A DNA stretch of 64,000 bases from Meiothermus sp. GTDB taxonomy: Bacteria; Deinococcota; Deinococci; Deinococcales; Thermaceae. Position 1 is the first letter of the stretch, and every line of letters starts with the position of its first letter. The notes under the pieces are model-generated. The model searched no databases, was not told the DNA's origin, and saw nothing but the letters and a program-made list of their open reading frames with translations. The stretch covers positions 25,861-89,860 of the forward strand of contig JANRLD010000047.1 in NCBI GenBank assembly GCA_033762915.1. The letters run 5' to 3'. Below are positions 61,149-64,000 of the stretch, in pieces. The position numbers and the translations under genes were made by a program.

Positions 61149-61919
61149 GTGCGCCGCTACTACGTGTCGTTCCCCTCCCTCCAGCACCTCACCCTCGCAG
61201 GCGAGTTGCGCATCCCGACGACCGATAACCCGCTCCCGGCAGTGCTGATCGTGCACGGGTCGGCGGGGGTGGACTCGAGGGGGGCCTTCTATTCCGACGC
61301 GCTGAACAACGCAGGGATTGCCACCCTCCAGATCGACATGTGGACCGCCAGGGGGCTGAAGGGCGGGGTAGACGGCCGTCCGAAGAGTGCCCTCGAGACC
61401 CTGCCCGACGTGTACGGGGCGTTCAAGTACTTGGCGACCCGGGCCGAGATAGACCCCAGCCGCATTGGCATCATGGGCTTCTCCTGGGGCGGGGTCTGCT
61501 CGATGCTTACCGCTACCAAGTCCCACACCGAGCGCTACCTGGGCTCCCAGAGGTTCGCCGCCCACGCGCCTTTTTACCCGGTGTTCTGGCGCTACAACCG
61601 CGCCCCGGGGTTCGAGTTCCGCACGTTCACCGGCGCGCCAGTGCTGATCCAGGCGGGCCGCGCCGACGCCTACGACGACCCCGACGGCTGCGAGCAGTTG
61701 CTGGCGGACCTGCCGGAAGAGGCTCGAGGACACATCCGCGCCAGGGTTTACGACGGCGCGACCCACGGCTGGGACAGGCTACAGGAGGGGCCGATGCGGG
61801 CCTTCGACCCCAACGCGGGCAAGGGGCAGGGGGCCTGGGTGGACTTCACCCCAAACCCGCAGGTGGCGCGGCGCTCGAGGCGGGCCGTGGTCAACTTCTT
61901 CAGACAGGTGCTGTTGTGA
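61149..61919 (+). CDS. Dienelactone hydrolase family protein
   Basis: VHGSAG, GFSWGG, G..D, HGWD. Confidence 0.85.
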   Translation: MRRYYVSFPSLQHLTLAGELRIPTTDNPLPAVLIVHGSAGVDSRGAFYSDALNNAGIATLQIDMWTARGLKGGVDGRPKSALETLPDVYGAFKYLATRAEIDPSRIGIMGFSWGGVCSMLTATKSHTERYLGSQRFAAHAPFYPVFWRYNRAPGFEFRTFTGAPVLIQAGRADAYDDPDGCEQLLADLPEEARGHIRARVYDGATHGWDRLQEGPMRAFDPNAGKGQGAWVDFTPNPQVARRSRRAVVNFFRQVLL

Positions 61920-62500
61920 TCGAGGCGGTCTGCTTCGACCTTGACGGGACGCTCATCCACTATAGGGACGACTACAGCGCCTACGTGCAGCGCTTCGCCG
62001 AGCGGCTGGGGCTGGAGGGGCACCTCGAGGCTTTCCGGCAGGTCTACCCCCTCGAGCTGACCCGCGAGGGGCCGCAGAACTTCAGCGACGTGATCGCCCG
62101 CAGCCTGGCCGTGCTGGGCCTGGCGCGACCGAGGGGGCTCGAAGGGTTCTGCCAAGAAGCGGTGGCGGCCTACGCGGAGGGGGTTGAGTTGTTGCCGGGT
62201 GCTTTGGGGACGCTCGAGTACTTCTCCCGCTGGCCGCTGGCCCTTGTCACCAACGGCCCCGCCGACATGCAACGGGCTGCGGTTGAGAAGGTGGGGATCG
62301 CGGGCTATTTCAAAACCATCATGGTCTCGGCCGACCCGGACGTGGGCGTTCGTAAGCCCAACTCCGAAATCTTCCGTATAACCTGTGAGCGCCTGGGCGT
62401 GGAGCCCAGCAGGGTGCTGATGATCGGGGACAACCTCCTTCAAGACGTCCGGGGGGCTGAGGCGGCGGGGATGCAGGCTTTATGGATTCCGAAGAATTGA
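61916..62500 (+). CDS. HAD-family hydrolase
   Basis: FDLDGTL, VTNG, KP, IGDN..QD; GTGA overlap with the upstream gene. Confidence 0.9.
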   Translation: MIEAVCFDLDGTLIHYRDDYSAYVQRFAERLGLEGHLEAFRQVYPLELTREGPQNFSDVIARSLAVLGLARPRGLEGFCQEAVAAYAEGVELLPGALGTLEYFSRWPLALVTNGPADMQRAAVEKVGIAGYFKTIMVSADPDVGVRKPNSEIFRITCERLGVEPSRVLMIGDNLLQDVRGAEAAGMQALWIPKN

Positions 62501-62531
62501 TCTTTACCCTGAAAGTATGTCCATACGCCCC

Positions 62532-62729
62532 TACGTGTCTCGATAGTTGCAAAGCGAACTATCGCCCGCCAGCTCCCGCAGGGAATTGCGCCTCGGGTAG
62601 CCGCTCCGCAGCTATGGCGCACGCCACTCCGCCCTGGGAAGCCGCTCCGTGGCTATGGCGCACGCCACTCCGCCCTGGCAAGTATTTGCCGTATCCGCCG
62701 ACTCCGCGCTTGTACCCCGACGCGATGTA
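62532..62729 (-). mobile_element. MITE-like element, family 1, copy D (two core units)
   Basis: Reverse complement aligns with copy B over about 190 bp. Confidence 0.7.
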
Positions 62730-62739
62730 CATCCCGTGG

Positions 62740-63446
62740 CTACGGCAGGAACGACCAGCCGTTGCGGTACTTCATCAGCAGGGCCTTTTCGACCAGCACC
62801 TTGCCCCAGTCGCCCAGGATGTTGGGCAGCATCACCTGGAACTGCCTCGGCGGGTAGAGGTGATTGCCCAGAATCACCACCTCCTTGTTGCCGGCATCCA
62901 TCACGCACACCGCAGGCATCGAGCCAAAGGACTTGCAGTGCAGGTTGTTCGGGTTGCCGTGGAGGATCTCGCCGATGTTGTGCGCGGCGGTCTTGGCCAT
63001 CTCGTCGGTGGGGAAGCCGGTCTTGGGTACCCCGAAGGCCACGTCGCCCTTGAAGGGGTTGGGCACCTTGGCGGCCAGCCCGACCGCGAAGACGTTGGGG
63101 AAGCGGGGGCTCTGGTAGCCGTCGGAGACCTCCACGAAGCCCCTGGGGTCGGTCAGCCCGGCCGCCCTTTGCATCACCTCGACCCCCTGAAAGGGCGGCA
63201 CCAGCATGGTGAAGCTCGAGGGGAGCACCTCGCCCGAGGCCAGCACCACCTCGCCCTCGCGCACCTCGGCGACGGCGGCGTTGGCGCGGAACTCAATCCC
63301 TAGCATCTTGAAGAACATCTTCAGCATGGCCTCGCCGCCGGTCATCCCACCAATGCCGAAGTGGCCCAGTGCGGGCTCGGGCGTGACCCAGGTGATGCTC
63401 ACGCCCTTGCGCTTGCCGGCCTTGCGGAGCTGGTGCTCGAAGATAA
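62740..63446 (-). pseudogene. sqr: Sulfide:quinone oxidoreductase, 3' part, interrupted by IS200
   Basis: FEHQLRK..ITWVTPEP.LGHFG.GG, VPKTG, VCVMDAG; the reading frame runs into the IS hairpin and has no N-terminal FAD-binding motif. Confidence 0.8.
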
Positions 63447-64000
63447 AGAACCCCGCCGCAAGCGGACGGGGTATCGCGCCCGCCCTACGGCCCGAACAGT
63501 CTCGGCTGCTCGATCCGGTGTAGCTGTTTGTACTGCTGGCCCTGCTTCTTGACGTATTGCCCCACCGCCCGCTCGTTACCGTGCTTCCCCACCGTCATCG
63601 CGTAGTACCCGTCCGACCAGAACTCCCCGCCCCACAACTGCTTCCTCACCTGCGGCTGCGTCCGCAGTATCTCCCGCGCCGTCAGGCTCTTGATGACCGT
63701 CACTATGCGCGTCACGCTATACGTCGGCACCGACTGCACCAGGAAGTGCACGTGGTTCCTGTCCACCCCGATCTCTACGAACTCGATCTCGTACCGCCGC
63801 TCGATCTCCAAGCACACCTCCCGCAACTTCTCGTCCACCGCCTCGTCGAACACCGCCCGACGGTACTTCGCGGGAAACACCAAGTGGTATAGCAGCACGC
63901 TGACGTTGTGGCTCTTTCGGACACTGCGGCTCACCGCATCAGCTTATACACAGATGAACGCCGCAAGCGGCGGGGAATCGGACCCACCAAAGGAATTGAA
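63447..64000 (-). mobile_element. IS200/IS605-family element (tnpA only)
   Basis: Subterminal hairpins CCCCGCCGCAAGCGGACGGGG (about 63451-63471) and CGCCGCAAGCGGCG (63959-63972) flank tnpA; exact ends approximate. Confidence 0.88.
63485..63934 (-). CDS. tnpA: IS200-type Y1 HUH transposase
   Basis: YHLVFPAKYRR, HVH, KS, LWGGEFWS.GY, YV..Q. Confidence 0.95.
   Translation of the reverse strand: MSRSVRKSHNVSVLLYHLVFPAKYRRAVFDEAVDEKLREVCLEIERRYEIEFVEIGVDRNHVHFLVQSVPTYSVTRIVTVIKSLTAREILRTQPQVRKQLWGGEFWSDGYYAMTVGKHGNERAVGQYVKKQGQQYKQLHRIEQPRLFGP

Overview
GC-rich chromosomal window from a Deinococcota bacterium, most likely Thermaceae (Meiothermus/Calidithermus-like). The assignment rests on a LonC protease, DUF3197/DUF3234 proteins, a Hera-like DEAD-box helicase, many leaderless genes and strong CTCGAG enrichment. 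Most genes are housekeeping: citAB-tctCBA, ispG, nfo, ruvB, carB, rnhA, def-fmt, can, gabD, glpX, hisF/hisIE, glmU, lgt, purU and rraA. The main observations are: (1) A candidate uncharacterised redox module. A STAND-type ATPase/TPR/SARP-BTAD regulator sits upstream of an 11-bp-period direct-repeat box, followed by a Tat-exported Rieske protein, a Cu/Zn-SOD-like lipoprotein and a beta-propeller/di-heme cytochrome c fusion. (2) A Deinococcus-style radiation/desiccation response: a ddrC homolog and ruvB each carry a 17-bp RDRM-like palindrome in the promoter, and an RqkA-like PQQ-propeller kinase is nearby. (3) A small exported ORF ending in a RAPP arrest-like motif, overlapping the start of the glutaredoxin-like gene upstream of lgt. 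(4) A lower-GC nucleotidyltransferase cassette flanked by a 23-30 bp direct repeat. (5) Two families of short structured MITE/REP-like elements and heptamer tandem repeats, some inside coding regions. (6) An IS200 element that interrupts a sulfide:quinone oxidoreductase gene at the right edge. No rRNA, tRNA or CRISPR array was found. All product calls come from motif recognition by eye; no searches were run.
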